Of a stretch of DNA of 64,000 bases, positions 25,790 to 38,906 are shown piece by piece. The notes below the pieces were generated by a model. It worked only from the letters and a program-made list of their open reading frames with translations, was not told the origin of the DNA and did no database searches. The stretch comes from Octopus sinensis (lineage: Eukaryota). The position numbers and the translations under genes are program-made. The DNA is taken from the NCBI RefSeq assembly GCF_006345805.1, contig NC_043002.1, positions 106,702,001-106,766,000 of the forward strand, read 5' to 3'. Numbering within the stretch: position 1 is the stretch's first letter; each line of letters opens with the position of its first letter.

Positions 25790-26400
25790 CTCTCATAGAT
25801 AGTTCAAGATAAAATGGTTGCATGTGCAAGTTATAATGTTCAAACTAAAAGCTCGGCTGTGATGTTGTTTCTCAGTCCAGAACAAGCAATCACTGTATTA
25901 TGCAATTTCTGCATGGGTTGCAGGGTTTGTGAGGACCCAAGGGTTCTTGTTGGAGTTACACAGGTTTATTGTTGAGAGATGGTGGTCGGAGAGAAGCTAA
26001 GAGACAGTGTTTCGGAAAGGGGTAACAGGAGTGTGTGAAAGGATGAGGAGGAGGGTTGAGTGGGAGGAGATGTCGGGCATGGATGGGTAAAGTGATGGAA
26101 GTGGTTGATAGGAGGAGGAGGGAAAGTAGGAGAATAGTGAGAGAGAGAGTGTTTCAGTAATAAGGGTGGTGGGGATGTTGACTGGGCAGAGATGCAGTGC
26201 TGCCCTGCATTATACGTGGGTGATACGTGTGGAGGAGAGAGGATGATGAGGAGCAGGGTGTCTGGTCAAGGTAACATGTCCAGTAGAGCATGGTGACAGA
26301 AGCAGATATGGTAAAGGTGACCAGAGCGCACTCATTCTTCACTCAAGTATCATGATTCCAGAGGGAAGAATGTGGGGTGGGGCATAGCAGGATATATACA
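25790..26400 (-). pseudogene. Decayed Penelope-like (Neptune-type) ORF remnant
   Basis: Frameshifted motifs in expected order: HLYHIC, TYHPRI..ASLP, PSMPDISS, FPKHCLLASLRPPSLNNKPV, KPCNPCRNC, ITCTCNHFIL; recognised by eye only. Confidence 0.45.
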
Positions 26401-26735
26401 GTTAATTATCAGGATGTTAAACGATGATGATGATGATGGTGATCTCATTAAGTAATTATAGGCTAGATAACAAAGGATTTAACTGTTTACTTGTTCCTTA
26501 TTGGTTATCTTCTTGATAGCTGGGATCAGGCCCTGAGGGGAGGCCCTTCATGCCTTGCATCTTGATGAAACATCAGTAACAACTTAATGCCTGATTCTAT
26601 GACAACACTATTTTCTTGATGCCGATCCACCTTGCCTTCCCTTCTTTAGCCGGTTGTGGTCATGTCTTTCACCTTTTGTTTGTTTGTTTGTTTGTAATGT
26701 TAGAATTTTTTATAATGTATGTTTTCTTTGTACAG

Positions 26736-27092
26736 TTTCCATGAAAGTACATCAAGCAGCGGTTCTGGTTCGCCGGTTGTCATTGAACCATCACCAAAGA
26801 GAGAAGAGCAGGCCATTGTTTGCCGTGAGCGGTCACTGGATTTCCATTCCAACCTGCGTCCAACACAAGCGTTTTACCCATGGCAGATAGAGTCACAGTG
26901 GGGTTTAGTGGAACCTTTTGGCAGTGGTCACCCAAATGTTGATGACATCTCAGACAGTCCATCAGTGACCGAGGTCTCTTCGGGACATCAGTCAATTGAC
27001 AAACCAAAGCAGTTTTATAAGTTCTGGTTGTTTCCTAATAAATACATCAAAATACATTTTGACCGATTGGAATTGTTGGCATTACTGGACAG
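26736..27092 (+). CDS. pcx: pecanex exon
   Basis: Phase 2-2; ends KIHFDRLELLALLDR, GTAAGT donor. Confidence 0.95.
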
Positions 27093-27264
27093 GTAAGTAA
27101 GCTGGATCTTCAGTGGACTTTCTTCTTCTCCTCCTTCACCTGTATCAATTGTTGTTGTTGGATGTGGGAGGCTTTGTGACTGGTGATGGTGGTGGTGATG
27201 AGATGGTTGTTAGATGCAAGAGTAACAAGAGTATAGTGGCAAGTTGAAGTGGTGGTGAGAGTGA

Positions 27265-27590
27265 AGGCATGTGGCTAAGTGGTTAGAGCATTTGACTCAT
27301 GAATGTAAGGTCACAAGTTCAATTCCCAGCAGTGTGTTGTGTTGATTTCTTGAGCAAGACACTTTATTTCACATTGCTCTGATTCACTCTGCTGGCAAAA
27401 AGGAGTCGCACCTATAATTTAAATATCCAGTCTCATCACATTCTGTGTCGCACTGAATCTCTCTGAGAATTATGTGAAAGGTATACATGTTTGTGGAGTA
27501 CTCAGCCATTTGCACATTAATTTCACGAGCAGGCTGTTCCATTGATTGGATCAACTGGAACTCTCGTCATAACTGATGGAATGCCAATTA
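27265..27590 (+). mobile_element. tRNA-derived SINE family 3 (CORE-like plus conserved central domain)
   Basis: TGGCTAAGTGG/AGTTCAATTCC boxes; body matches a reverse copy at ~10215-10560 (TTAATTTCACGAGCAGGCTGTTCC). Confidence 0.7.
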
Positions 27591-28020
27591 CTCTTTTACT
27601 TGTTTCAGTCATTTGACTGCGGCCATGCTGGAGCACCACCTTTAGTCGAGCAAATCGACCCCGGGACTTATTCTTTGTAAGCCCAGTACTTATTCTATCG
27701 GTCTCTTTTGCCAAACTGCTAAGTGACGGGGACGTAAACACACCAGCATTGCTTATCAAGCAATGCTAGGGGAACAAACACAGATACACAAACATATACA
27801 TACATGTATATATATACATACATGTATATATATACATACATGTATATATATATACATATATACGACAGGCTTCTTTCAGTTTCCGTCTACCATATCCACT
27901 CACAAGGCATTGGTCGGCCCGAGGCTATAGCAGAAGACACTTGCCCAAGATGCCACGCAGTGGGACTGAACCCGGAACCATGTGGTTGGTAAGCAAGCTG
28001 CTTACCACACAGCCACTCCT
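27590..28020 (-). mobile_element. SINE family 2
   Basis: Family consensus match. Confidence 0.85.
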
Positions 28021-28850
28021 GGTGATGGAATTATGGATGTTGGATGTAAAATTACTGGGACAAATTGAAGTGGTGGTGGGGCTTGATGAGAATGGGTTGT
28101 TGATGTGGGAGTGCTAGAAGTATTGGTTGTGTGATTGTTGGAGGTAGTGCGCCAGTTGAAGGTCAGGGCATTGGGTTTCTTGATGCTGGTTGTAGTAATA
28201 CCATTGTTATTGGTACTGTTGCTGATTGTAGTGTTGGTATGTTTTTAGGGGTGTTGTATTTAATAATCCTTTCTACTATAGGCACAAGGTCTGAAATTTT
28301 AGGGGAGAGGGGTATTGTCGATTACATTGATCCCAGTGTTCAACTCATGTCATTGACCCTGAAAGGTTGAAAGGCAAAGTTGACCTCAGTGGAATTTGAA
28401 CTCAGAACATAGTGATGGGTGAAATACCATTAAGCATTTCATCCAGCGTTTTGAGATTTTGTGGAATAGAGGATAGTTGATTACGTTGACCCCAGTGCTT
28501 AACTGGTACTGTTTACATCAACGCTGATTGGATGAAAGGCAAAGTCAATAATTTAATGTGCTAATGCTGGTAGATTTGGCAGAATCAGTAGAGTATCAGA
28601 TAAAATGCTTTGTGGTATTTAGTTACTGCTCTCTATATTCTGAGTTCAATACCTATCAAGATCAGCTTTACCTTCTGTCCTTCAATAGTGAATAAAATAA
28701 AGTACCAGTCAAGTACTGGGGTTGCTTTATAACCAACAATATTGCTCCCCTCATTAAGTGTTTCATTGTGATGATGATGATGATGTGTCAATGTGTCAAT
28801 GTTAAGAAATGAGAATTGATGTGTAAAGGCCTTTTTTGTGTGTGTTTCAG

Positions 28851-29004
28851 AAACTTGACCGTCGTTGAGAACCTGATAGCCATTCTGATGGCAGTAGCAG
28901 TCAGTTCACTCGGTGCCCTAGTTCTTTCATCACATTTCTACAAAGATTTCTACATCTTCATCTTTTGTTTCATTCTGGCCAGTTGTCAATATTCTTTGCT
29001 CAAG
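28851..29004 (+). CDS. pcx: pecanex exon, transmembrane segments
   Basis: Phase 2-0; NLTVVENLIAILMAV...LASCQYSLLK. Confidence 0.96.
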
Positions 29005-30314
29005 GTAAGTAGTTGCCATGAAGATACTTGTCACATTGGGATGGTAGGGGTGGGACGGGACGGGGTTGTGGTGGTGCAGTTGGTGTGTAGCTGTTCAGGA
29101 CCCTTGTAATATAGACTATGACCATATCAGCTAGGTTTACATGTCCGTGATCCCTACACACTGGGATATTCATGGTCTCCTAAAAGCCTGTATGTATAAG
29201 ACCTTTATAAACTGTCTACACACCTTGAATCCTTCTGGAGCACTTCTTGACGTCTACAGCCCCTACAGACTATATAGGACCTCTGTAGGATATATCCATT
29301 TGAATTGGTTGTGTATATTAGTGTGGGATCTCTATAGACTGCTTCTGTAGGTATTGGGCCTCTGTGGTTTGTATTCCCTTAAGACTATATCTGTAGAACA
29401 GTGGAATGAAACAGTTGGGTGCAGCCGACATCTTGGCATGGCTGACTGGGCATTCAGCCTGCTTTTGTGACAGTACTTTTTGGCCCTTGAGGTATGCGCT
29501 CACACACACATGCAGATAGAGACATAAACAGAGAGAGACATACACATTCTAACAAAACTAGATGCTCGCTTAGATGAAGATAGATGAAGAGGGAGAGAAC
29601 ACGAGAAACACTAAAACCAATATGAAATCTGTGATGCCAAACAGGCAGCACCAAAATGGTTGTACCAAAATGCCTTGTACCCATACTCATAGTACAGTGC
29701 CCTTCAGATGGTCTGTCTAGGTTCAGGACCGCAATTTTCAAAATGCCAACTTGTCTTTCTTTCTCTTCCTCTTCTCCATGTAGTACATTGCTTTTACATT
29801 TTCTCGTCTTTTTTTCTTTCTTTCTTGTATCTTACCTGAATATACATACATATATTTATGTAAATATATATATATTCCTCATTCTGTATTCTCTAAGTGG
29901 ATGTCAGTTCTTCTGATTCATGTTGTACATAAAATATATATTGTTTATTTAATGAAAAACATAAATTAATGTAAATCAAGTTATCCACTATGGTGCTAGC
30001 CTAATATACGACCACTTTACATAATAGCTGAATATTCTATGCTACTGATTTGGGAAAAGAAACCAGATATGTCTTCACTGAAGAGCAATGAACAAACTGT
30101 GAAATAGCCTGTCAGGAAATTCCCTGTCTTTTTTGTTTTTCTTGTGTATCAAAACCATAGAAGGGAAAGGTTTACATTTTTGTTTCACCCACAGCTAAGC
30201 TTTGTAATATATGAATACACCCATGCACTCACAGCCCAGTATGTTCTGTTGGACAGTTTCCTTTAAATGTACAACCAGCTAATCTCATGTCTTTGTTTTC
30301 TTTTTTTATCACAG

Positions 30315-30347
30315 AGTGTACAACCAGATTCAGCATCACCTATGCAT
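30315..30347 (+). CDS. pcx: pecanex 33-nt microexon
   Basis: ACAG|AGT...CAT|GTAAG; SVQPDSASPMH completes the SLLKSVQPD..SP.HG.N motif; phase 0-0. Confidence 0.93.
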
Positions 30348-30943
30348 GTAAGCTATGAACTTTTCCCTTTTCTTGAATGATTTAACATCCTTTTTGGGAG
30401 CTACTCTACTTTGATCTATTCACCCCAGCCTCTCTTATTTAAATATGATCATTGACTCATGATTGAATATTTTAGCTTTTTAGTACCTTATGTCAATTGT
30501 ACTTGTACTGAGCTATGCAAACACCATTCCATGGTTGGCTAGACTTCACTGCTGCTTGGTACTTATTGACAGCTAAATATTGTGTGCTGCCTCGTGGTAC
30601 CTATTTACATCTAAATGAACTTCAGCATTCTTTGATATTTATTCCCAACCGGGTGGACTACTTTTACATGCTATTTATATACAGCTGGGTAGGCTGTATA
30701 ATATCCTCTTCATACCTATTTACTGTTAGATAGCTTGTGACTTTTCATGATACATATTTTTAGCTGGACTGATTACATCTTCATGGTACCTATTTATAAT
30801 GGTACACTGAAAGGATTGAAAGCAGTTCTCAACTGGGACACATTATGGTGCCAGTGGTTGGATGCAAACCATGGAACCATCAGACTGGTCAGCATACTAT
30901 TTGACCCCAGTCAGCTGGGACTTCCTTGATTTATACATCTCCA

Positions 30944-31169
30944 TTAACCCTTTAGTGTTCAGATTACTCTGTTAAATGTAATATTTTTTTACTCAAATTG
31001 TTTTTAATTAATCCTATATTATCTTATAGCTTTGAGGTTTCAATGATATGATTGTTTATTTTTAGAATGTCAATGTAGATTAGGTGTGAGAGGCCAGATA
31101 TCGCCAGTTTGAATATAAAACATAGAATATTTGGGCCGGATATAGCCGGTTTAAACACTAAAGGGTTAA
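30944..31169. mobile_element. piggyBac-type MITE
   Basis: TTAA-CCCTTTAGTGTT ... AACACTAAAGGG-TTAA. Confidence 0.85.
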
Positions 31170-31273
31170 ACAGCTTTTTTCTAATCCCTATGCTATAAAC
31201 CTTGACATCCCTAGTAAGCATCATGTTATATCTACTATCAAGCATCTTTCTCTCTCTTCTGTCTTATTTACAG

Positions 31274-31445
31274 GGCTACAATCGTCTAATAGTGTTCAGC
31301 CGTCCATTTTACTTCTGTTTGTGTTGTGGCCTTCTCAAGTTCCTCGACTATACCATTCACCATGCATCTTCAACATCATTTATTATCTATGGCTTCCCAT
31401 TTACTGCAACTGCATCGCTAACATTTGCTAAAAGTCTTATGAAAG
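31274..31445 (+). CDS. pcx: pecanex exon
   Basis: Phase 0-1; GYNRLIVFSRPFYFCLCCGL. Confidence 0.96.
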
Positions 31446-31939
31446 GTAAGTCTGCATTGATTTTCATTCAGAGGGCAGTATGTGTGTGTGTGTGTGAGGC
31501 AACTGAGAACAAAATGAAAGACAAAGTAAAAATAAAGACAACCAAAAAAAAGGCAACATTCTTAAAGGCAAACGGTCCACCTGTTCAACTGAGGCATCAA
31601 AGGAATAGGCCATTTAACAAAACTGCCCTCAGCCCCAATGATGGCCCTGATATGACCATAGAAGCTGCAACTTTCAGCATCAGGTGGTCACCACCCATGC
31701 TGCTTCCTATATCTGTGATCAAAACCTTCAAGTCCTCGGTACTTAGGGCTGCTGGCTGACTTCTTTTAGCAATGCTCCAGATGGAATAGTGAAGGGGAAT
31801 TGAGTCAGGAGTGTTAGAGGGTCACATGCTGTGATATGGTTGTCATTGTTTCATGGCCAAACCCTTACACTAAATATCTCTTATATGTATAGACAGTCCA
31901 GGGTAAGCTATACTCTACTTTTATTCCTTTTTGTTTCAG

Positions 31940-32050
31940 TTTTTATCTTGCTGTTACCAGTTCTGTTCATGGTTGGACTTCTTCCTCAAGTCAAGACATT
32001 CTTCATGTACATATTGGAACAGACAGACATGCATATCTTCGGAGGAAATG
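31940..32050 (+). CDS. pcx: pecanex exon
   Basis: Phase 1-1; GLLPQVKTFFMYILEQTDMHIFGGN. Confidence 0.96.
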
Positions 32051-33566
32051 GTTTGTTGATATCTTCCTCTTTCTCCATTGCACTTTACCACAGCTGACTA
32101 TTGTGTATATAGTTTTAACTTTTATAAAACTACTCTAGTTGCAACTGTGAAAGTATTCCTGTTGCGTTTCATTGTTGCATTGTGTAACTGATTTTGTATA
32201 ACCTGTTGCTTGCTTATTAAACATCTAAGTACCTTGGAATCACTTATTTTATATCTAAATAACTTAGATAACATATTTAATGTATATATAACTTGGGTTA
32301 TAAACCTCCCATATTTGATGGCATATAAGCACACCATTTTTTCAAAAACACTTGTCTGAAAATCACCCCAGATCCTATCTATGAAGTTAGGTCTCCCTTA
32401 AGCTTTAATGTACTAAAAACGTTTTATTCTGAATATGAGACAATAGCCTATGGCAGTGGGTGTAACCAGCCCACTTATGAATTCCCCTCATTCATTGGAC
32501 AATAAACTTTGCTTGCTGTTGAGGCATATATTTTCGAACAAGGGAATCTAGCACCCCGACTCATTCCCTTGTTCGAAAATATAAGGACACAGATCTTGTC
32601 GTATAGCCAGCTGGAGACAATGTCTCCTGGGGCTAAATTACAGCAAGATTTGTCTTAAACCAGGACTTCCATGTTATGTTGGCGAACAATCTTTACTCCT
32701 AAAATCATTTTGTTAGTTGTTGGTTGTGAGTTCTAATGGCTGACCAAGGATGAACTTGGAAGAGTGTAGATGAGGATGAAAATAATTGAAGCTGGGTCTT
32801 ACAAGAGCAGATGACACAGAATAAAACCTCTTTGTTATTATATACCAACAAATAAAATGGATTATTCTCTCTTAATCCCAACTCAGCCCTCATTAAATAG
32901 ACTTACAATTACGTGTGTTTCAGTGATGAACATTTTACATTTTAGTCAGCCATAGTTAACCAAGAGCTACATTGTCTCATGTACCCCTCCTACTTTAGTT
33001 CCAGGTTAAAGATGTTCCAGCCATGACCATCTTGTTTTAAATTGTGACATAGCATACCTAGGAAAAGTTAATATAATGTGTCCTTCTTTGATGTTCTGTT
33101 CTAGGTCAAAGGTGTTCCAGTCATGACCATCACATCTTTTTTAAGTCATTGTTATCCAATGAATTTTATTTTTTTTTTTAAGGCAGTAAATTTTATTTGA
33201 AGGTAGTTTGGCTGTTATATCTCGTAGGTTGAGTGACATTGTAGAGGACATCTCACTGGTCAAGTTACGCCTGTGCACTAGAGAGTGATCTGAAATAATA
33301 CGATATGCACACACACACATAACTTGACCATTGAGATGTTTGTACTATATTTGTCCATTCGATTATGATTAAATGACTTCTGAGGTGTTGTGTTGTAATC
33401 ATTACCCCATTGTGCATGCCTGTATCATTGTTCCCATCCATGTCTATAGACTTGATGTTTGATTGGTCCACTGCATTGCTTTTGAAACAAATTTGTAAAC
33501 CACAGAATAAATGTAATGCCAGATACACCATTCTTCACTTATCTGTCACCCTTCTACTCCGTCTAG

Positions 33567-33658
33567 CCACTACCAGTCTTGGTGCAGCTGTCTATTCAGT
33601 AACAAGAAGTTTAGTCGCTGTTGCTGCATTATATTTCTTCTGCTACTATGCCCTGAAG
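33567..33658 (+). CDS. pcx: pecanex exon
   Basis: Phase 1-0; ATTSLGAAVYSVTRSLVAV. Confidence 0.94.
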
Positions 33659-33804
33659 GTAAGTCTCTTTTCCGCGTTGGTGTTGCAGTTTGGATTGAGT
33701 CTCTAGATGCTTGTATATGGATGGGAGTAGGCAAGGCTGTCTGGTTAACAAGTCAACTTTGCAATTATGTGGGCTGAGGTGGGTGGGTCTCAGTCAACCC
33801 TCTA

Positions 33805-34026
33805 TACTCTTTACTTTCTCCTTTACTTGTTTCAGTCATTTGACTGTGGCCATGCTGGAGCACCACCTTCGGTCGAGCGAATCGACCCAGGACTTGTTCT
33901 TTGTAAGCCTAGTACTTATTCTATCAGTCTCTTTTGCCGAACCGCTAAGTTACGGGGACGTAAACACACCACCATCGGTTGTCAAGCGATGTTGGGGGGA
34001 CAAACACAGACACACAAACATACACG

Positions 34027-34068
<42 letters not shown>

Positions 34069-34240
34069 ACACACATATATACAACAGGCTTTTTTCAGTT
34101 TCTGTCTACCAAATCCACTCACAAGGCTTTGATCAGCCTGAGGCTATAGTAGAAGACACTTGCCCAAGGTGCCATGTAGTGGGAATGAACCCGGAACCAT
34201 GTGGTTGGTAAGCAAGCTACTTACCACACAGCCACTCCTG
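33805..34240 (-). mobile_element. SINE family 2
   Basis: Family consensus match. Confidence 0.85.
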
Positions 34241-34742
34241 CATAGTATCTCAACAAGTGTCTTCTTTCACAGTCACAACTTGACCCAGGTTTTGGTGAAA
34301 TTGCTGTGCAGAAGTGCGTCCATTTATTGAACGAAAATACCTTTTCAATATTTGATCCAACCCAGCTGTCTCCCTTTATGCCAAGCTGACCCCATCCCCA
34401 TGTAGAAGTCAATTAAAAAGGTATGAGAATGGGGTTGGTATAATCAATTAAAATCTTCGATGGTGTTGCTCCAGCTTGGTCACAGTCCAGTGACTGAACT
34501 CATTAAACAAATAAACGAATGTTTGTATTTTGTTTGTGTAAACAAACAGGTACACACAAATATCTGTGTTATGCACTATCCCTTCCTATTGCCCGCCCCC
34601 CCGCCCCATCAATGTCACCATTCACCCACTACTGCCCTGCTGTCCCATTCTACCATGATGTCCCTTACCATTCACAGTACACCCCATAATATTCTGCACA
34701 GTTATCCTCTAATGTTTTCTGCCCTATCTCTTTCTATTTCAG

Positions 34743-34846
34743 CAGAAGGAAAGTTCCCAACATGTCCTGTTTTCTATATTCTGTGCCCTGTCTGTTGCTA
34801 TTTCATACCATCTCAGTCGGTCTGCCAGTCACCCTGGGGTCCTTGG
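34743..34846 (+). CDS. pcx: pecanex exon (not in ORF track frame); tandem NAG acceptor
   Basis: QKESSQHVLFSIFCALSVAISYHLSRSASHPGVL; phase 0-2; start could be 34746. Confidence 0.92.
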
Positions 34847-35478
34847 GTAAGTTTCACCATGTCTTTCTTTACTTTGTGTGTCTCCATGTAGTGTATGGTG
34901 CGGTGTATGTGTGTATGCATATGCAGTGTGCTTGTGCTAATATAGATGTGTGTGCATACTAAGTATCAGCTAAACACAGATACATGACAATCTGTGGAAG
35001 GAAGACATGCAAGTTGTGGGATCTCTCAGCTGTACATGAATTTAAAGAAATAAGTGACACATGAGGAGGAGGAGGTGGTGGTGGTAGAGATATAGAGGAA
35101 TGACATATTTCTCATTTCTGATAATACAATGGGGAAAAAAAAATAAAAAAAAGCTATATTCAGCCAGAACTGACTTAAGCCATCTCAGAAGCAGTATTAG
35201 ATTAAAATAGCCATCCTTGTCTTAATGTGAACACATAAGCGGTGAAAGGTAAATTTACTCTGGTATTTGTCCAGAGATAATCTATCTTATAAATGTGCTG
35301 TGATTAAAAACAGTATACATCTGTTGCATAAAATGGATTTTTATTCAGCTGGGTGGATATTTGCGACACCAATGTTTGTTTATAAACTGTTTTCCTAAAT
35401 TGGTGTTTATTTGGAAAAATAAGGGTGTGTTTTTATCTATTCTTCAAGGAATTATTTTTTTGACAAATTACTTTGTGA

Positions 35479-35531
<53 letters not shown>

Positions 35532-35923
35532 AATTTGTATTTCTCTAAAGAAATGTGTATGTATGGGTGAGTGCATATGGTCAGTTGGTGCACTATTTTC
35601 TTGATTTGTGTACTTGTCAGTGGACACACACACAGTTTGGTTAATCAATATGCATATGCACACATGTAGTTCCACAAACAAATAAAGGTTTGTAAAATGA
35701 TAATGTTTCAGGTATATTTAGTCTTACTTTAAAATGGTCATCACTGAACTGGCTGGTTGTCATTATGCCATGGGGTTATATGTGCGGATGTGTTTATGCT
35801 TGTGTGCATGTATATATATATACATACTTAAATACATCTCACACATATTTGCACGTGTGTGCACACACATGCTGACAGTGAGATTAACTAAATCTAACAA
35901 AAGCTGTTCTGTTCACGTTGCAG

Positions 35924-36029
35924 TTCTCTTATAAAAGATATGATTTGTGGTAAAAAGTCCAGCCAAACTAAGGAACCAGGAGAGAATGAACTAATTGACC
36001 CCTTACCTGACAAACTCAAGAAATGTGTC
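35924..36029 (+). CDS. pcx: pecanex exon (not in ORF track)
   Basis: Phase 2-0; ELIDPLPDKLKKCV (DPLP.KL motif). Confidence 0.93.
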
Positions 36030-37403
36030 GTAAGTCTCTTTCTTTCTTTCTCTTTTTACGTGTGTGTGTGTGTGTGTGCGTGTCTCTTCATAATCATCAT
36101 CATCATCATTTAACATCCGTTTTCCATGCTGGCATGGGTTGGACGGCTTAACTGAGGTCTGGAGAGCCAGTGGTTGCACCAGGTTTCAATCTTGATCTGG
36201 TAGAGTTTCTACAGCTGGATGCCCTTCCTAACACCAACCACTCCGAGAGTGTAGTGGGTGCTTTTTGTGACACTGACACAGGAGCCTGTCGGGCGGGCCT
36301 GGCATCAGTGTCTTTTGGATGGTGGTTTTTACATGCCACCGGCACAAGTGCCAGTCAGGGGGCACAGGCCACAGCTATGATATTGGTTTTATTTGACTCA
36401 ACAGGTCTTCTCAAGCATATCATATCACTCGACGCATCTGTGTATTTCTAAATGATAAGTGTACATATGATTATGCACTCAGTTTGTATCTAAATAAAAG
36501 CCACTCAACTGATTGGCCTAAAGTCACCCACAGTCATATTCCTGCCTGTGGCCCACAGACAATGTCCTATCTCCTCTCTCTCTGCTTTTCCCTTTGTTTC
36601 TATAATGGCCCCTGCTCTTTAGAGCTGGCTTGTCTTCCATGGCCTCTACTCAGCTACTTTTAGTTCCCTTATCTCTCTCTTCCTGTCGTCATCCTATTCT
36701 TCCCCTCCCCACCTTCCATACCTTTCTTCCTTGAGCGTCATTCTTCCTGAATTCTTTCCCTTACATACATATGTCTTTTCAATTATTGTTGTCATGGAAA
36801 CAGTTCATGTAGACCATTTAATGGTATCAATGTTATTGAATTTGGAGCTTCTGCAAAGGTTGTGCTGCACCTTCCTTGTGACTTAGTAAAAATAATGAAA
36901 AAAAAAATATCAAAAATAAAAGGGGTTTGTAGCTTTTGTGACTTGGTATCTCTCAAGAGAGAGAGACTGAAGCTATTGAGTGTCTTTAGGGCTGCTGAAG
37001 ATGTTTACATGTCTTAAATCAGTGACTTGATTGTTATTGGCTCAAGCCATGCTCCTTCTGCCTTTGACTGCTTGTCTCAGTCTGTCTGGCTTACTGCAGG
37101 TTCCATTCTTTACCGATGTTTGAGAAGTTAGTTTTAAGTGTTGAGTTTAAATTATATTAGTCGCAATATTGTGCCTCTTGTCAGAAGTGCACATAACATT
37201 CTTGTCCAGTCTGCCTGACTGGTATCAGGTTCCACTGCTCTTTCACCATATTTGAATATTTACCTGTGGTCAGAACTGTCCAGCCGTGGCCCAATTTGCC
37301 CCAGTTGTGACACTAATTGCCCCATCTGTAACACTATTGGTCTCATCTATGGCACTATTTGCCCCGTTTGTGGTACTTGCCTCAGCTGTATGTAAATTGC
37401 CCA

Positions 37404-37623
37404 CTCTTTAAGACCTGGGCAACGACGATAAAGGAGGACCTCCCCGAACTCTCAGGTCTGCAGGTGGTTGGTCTGCGCAGATGGAACCGCGAATGGCTCA
37501 CTATTTCCAGTGACCTCGCACAGGACCGTCGAGTGTGGACCGCCATGGTTCGTGATGCCGTCAGGACCAGAGAAGAAGCCGGCTCAACTCGCTTGCCCTG
37601 GGTGAACGCTGTCACAAGTACAA
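37404..37623 (+). mobile_element. Second RTE family, 3' end
   Basis: KTWATTIKEDL...LAQDRRVWTAMVRDAV; (CAAGTA)2 tail; GTAAATTG repeated at 37392 and 37624. Confidence 0.8.
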
Positions 37624-37769
37624 GTAAATTGTCTATTTATGAAGAGCCTCACCCAACCTGATTCCTACCATAATAATCTAGAATAAATACATTAATAAAA
37701 AAAAAATATATATAAATAAAGTAATTAAGCATTTTCTGTTAGTGTGGTCATTGTTTTTATTGTTGTATT

Positions 37770-38168
37770 TACTCTTTACTCTTTTACTTGTTTCAGTCAT
37801 TTGACTGCGGCCATGCTGGAGCACCGCCTTTAGTCGAGCAAATCGACCCCGGGCTCTTATTTTTTTGTAAGCCCAGTACTTATTCTATCGGTCTCTTTTG
37901 CCGAACTGCTAAGTGACGGGGACGTAAACACACCAGCATCGGTTGTCAAGCAATGCTAGGGGGACAAACACAGACACACATACATATATATATATACATA
38001 TATACGACAGGCTTCTTTCAGTTTCCATCTACCAAATCCACTCACAAGGCATTGGTCGGCCCAGGGCTATAGCAGAAGACACTTGCCCAAGATGCCACGC
38101 AGTGGCACTGAACCCGGAACCATGTGGTTGGTAAGCAAGCTACTTACCACACAGCCACTCCTGCACCT
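37770..38168 (-). mobile_element. SINE family 2
   Basis: Family consensus match; ends ~43 nt before an exon. Confidence 0.85.
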
Positions 38169-38210
38169 ATGATATGATTTGATATGTTCTTCTTTCTTTT
38201 TCTTTGTCAG

Positions 38211-38309
38211 AGTGACCGACTGCAGTCTGATCTACTTGTGTGTATCCTGTTTGCAGTCATCATGTTTGCTGTCCATGTCAGCACTGTATTTAACAGCCCT
38301 GTGTTACAG
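38211..38309 (+). CDS. pcx: pecanex exon
   Basis: Phase 0-0; SDRLQSDLLVCILFAV...HVSTVF. Confidence 0.95.
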
Positions 38310-38515
38310 GTAAGTTTTGCTTCATACCTCCACATCACCGGCACACCACTCCCTCCACACCTCTTCGTTACATCTAAAGTATGTCTAGGATGGGTAGGTC
38401 ACTATGGTGGAATCTCTCTCTCTGTATATCTTGGAGTAAGGAGATCAACTTGGTGGAGCCAACTCTTCTTTAAGTTGTGTATATGTAAGGTATGTAGGTT
38501 AGCTTGACGAGGTCA

Positions 38516-38560
<45 letters not shown>

Positions 38561-38906
38561 TCTCTCACTCCATGTAGTTCATATCTACAGGTAGATGGTG
38601 GTGCCATGGCTCCTCCCTCTGTAACTCTCTTCACTATCTACATAACCACATAACTGTAATAATATGAGGTATGAACCACCCTCTCGAACATGCACCTCTC
38701 CCTCTCCCCACCTTTACAGCTCTGTTTTGAAGGTGGTGGTGGTGGTGAGGGGGATTGATATATACAGGGTATCCCAGAAGTTGCACACCACCCCGTTTCT
38801 TTTTAAAAAATACACTCTTATTGATTTCAAAAACACTTTATTGAAATAAATTGTAACAAATGCTCAAATTGAGCACCCTCTACAATAAAACATGCCGAAA
38901 ATATAT

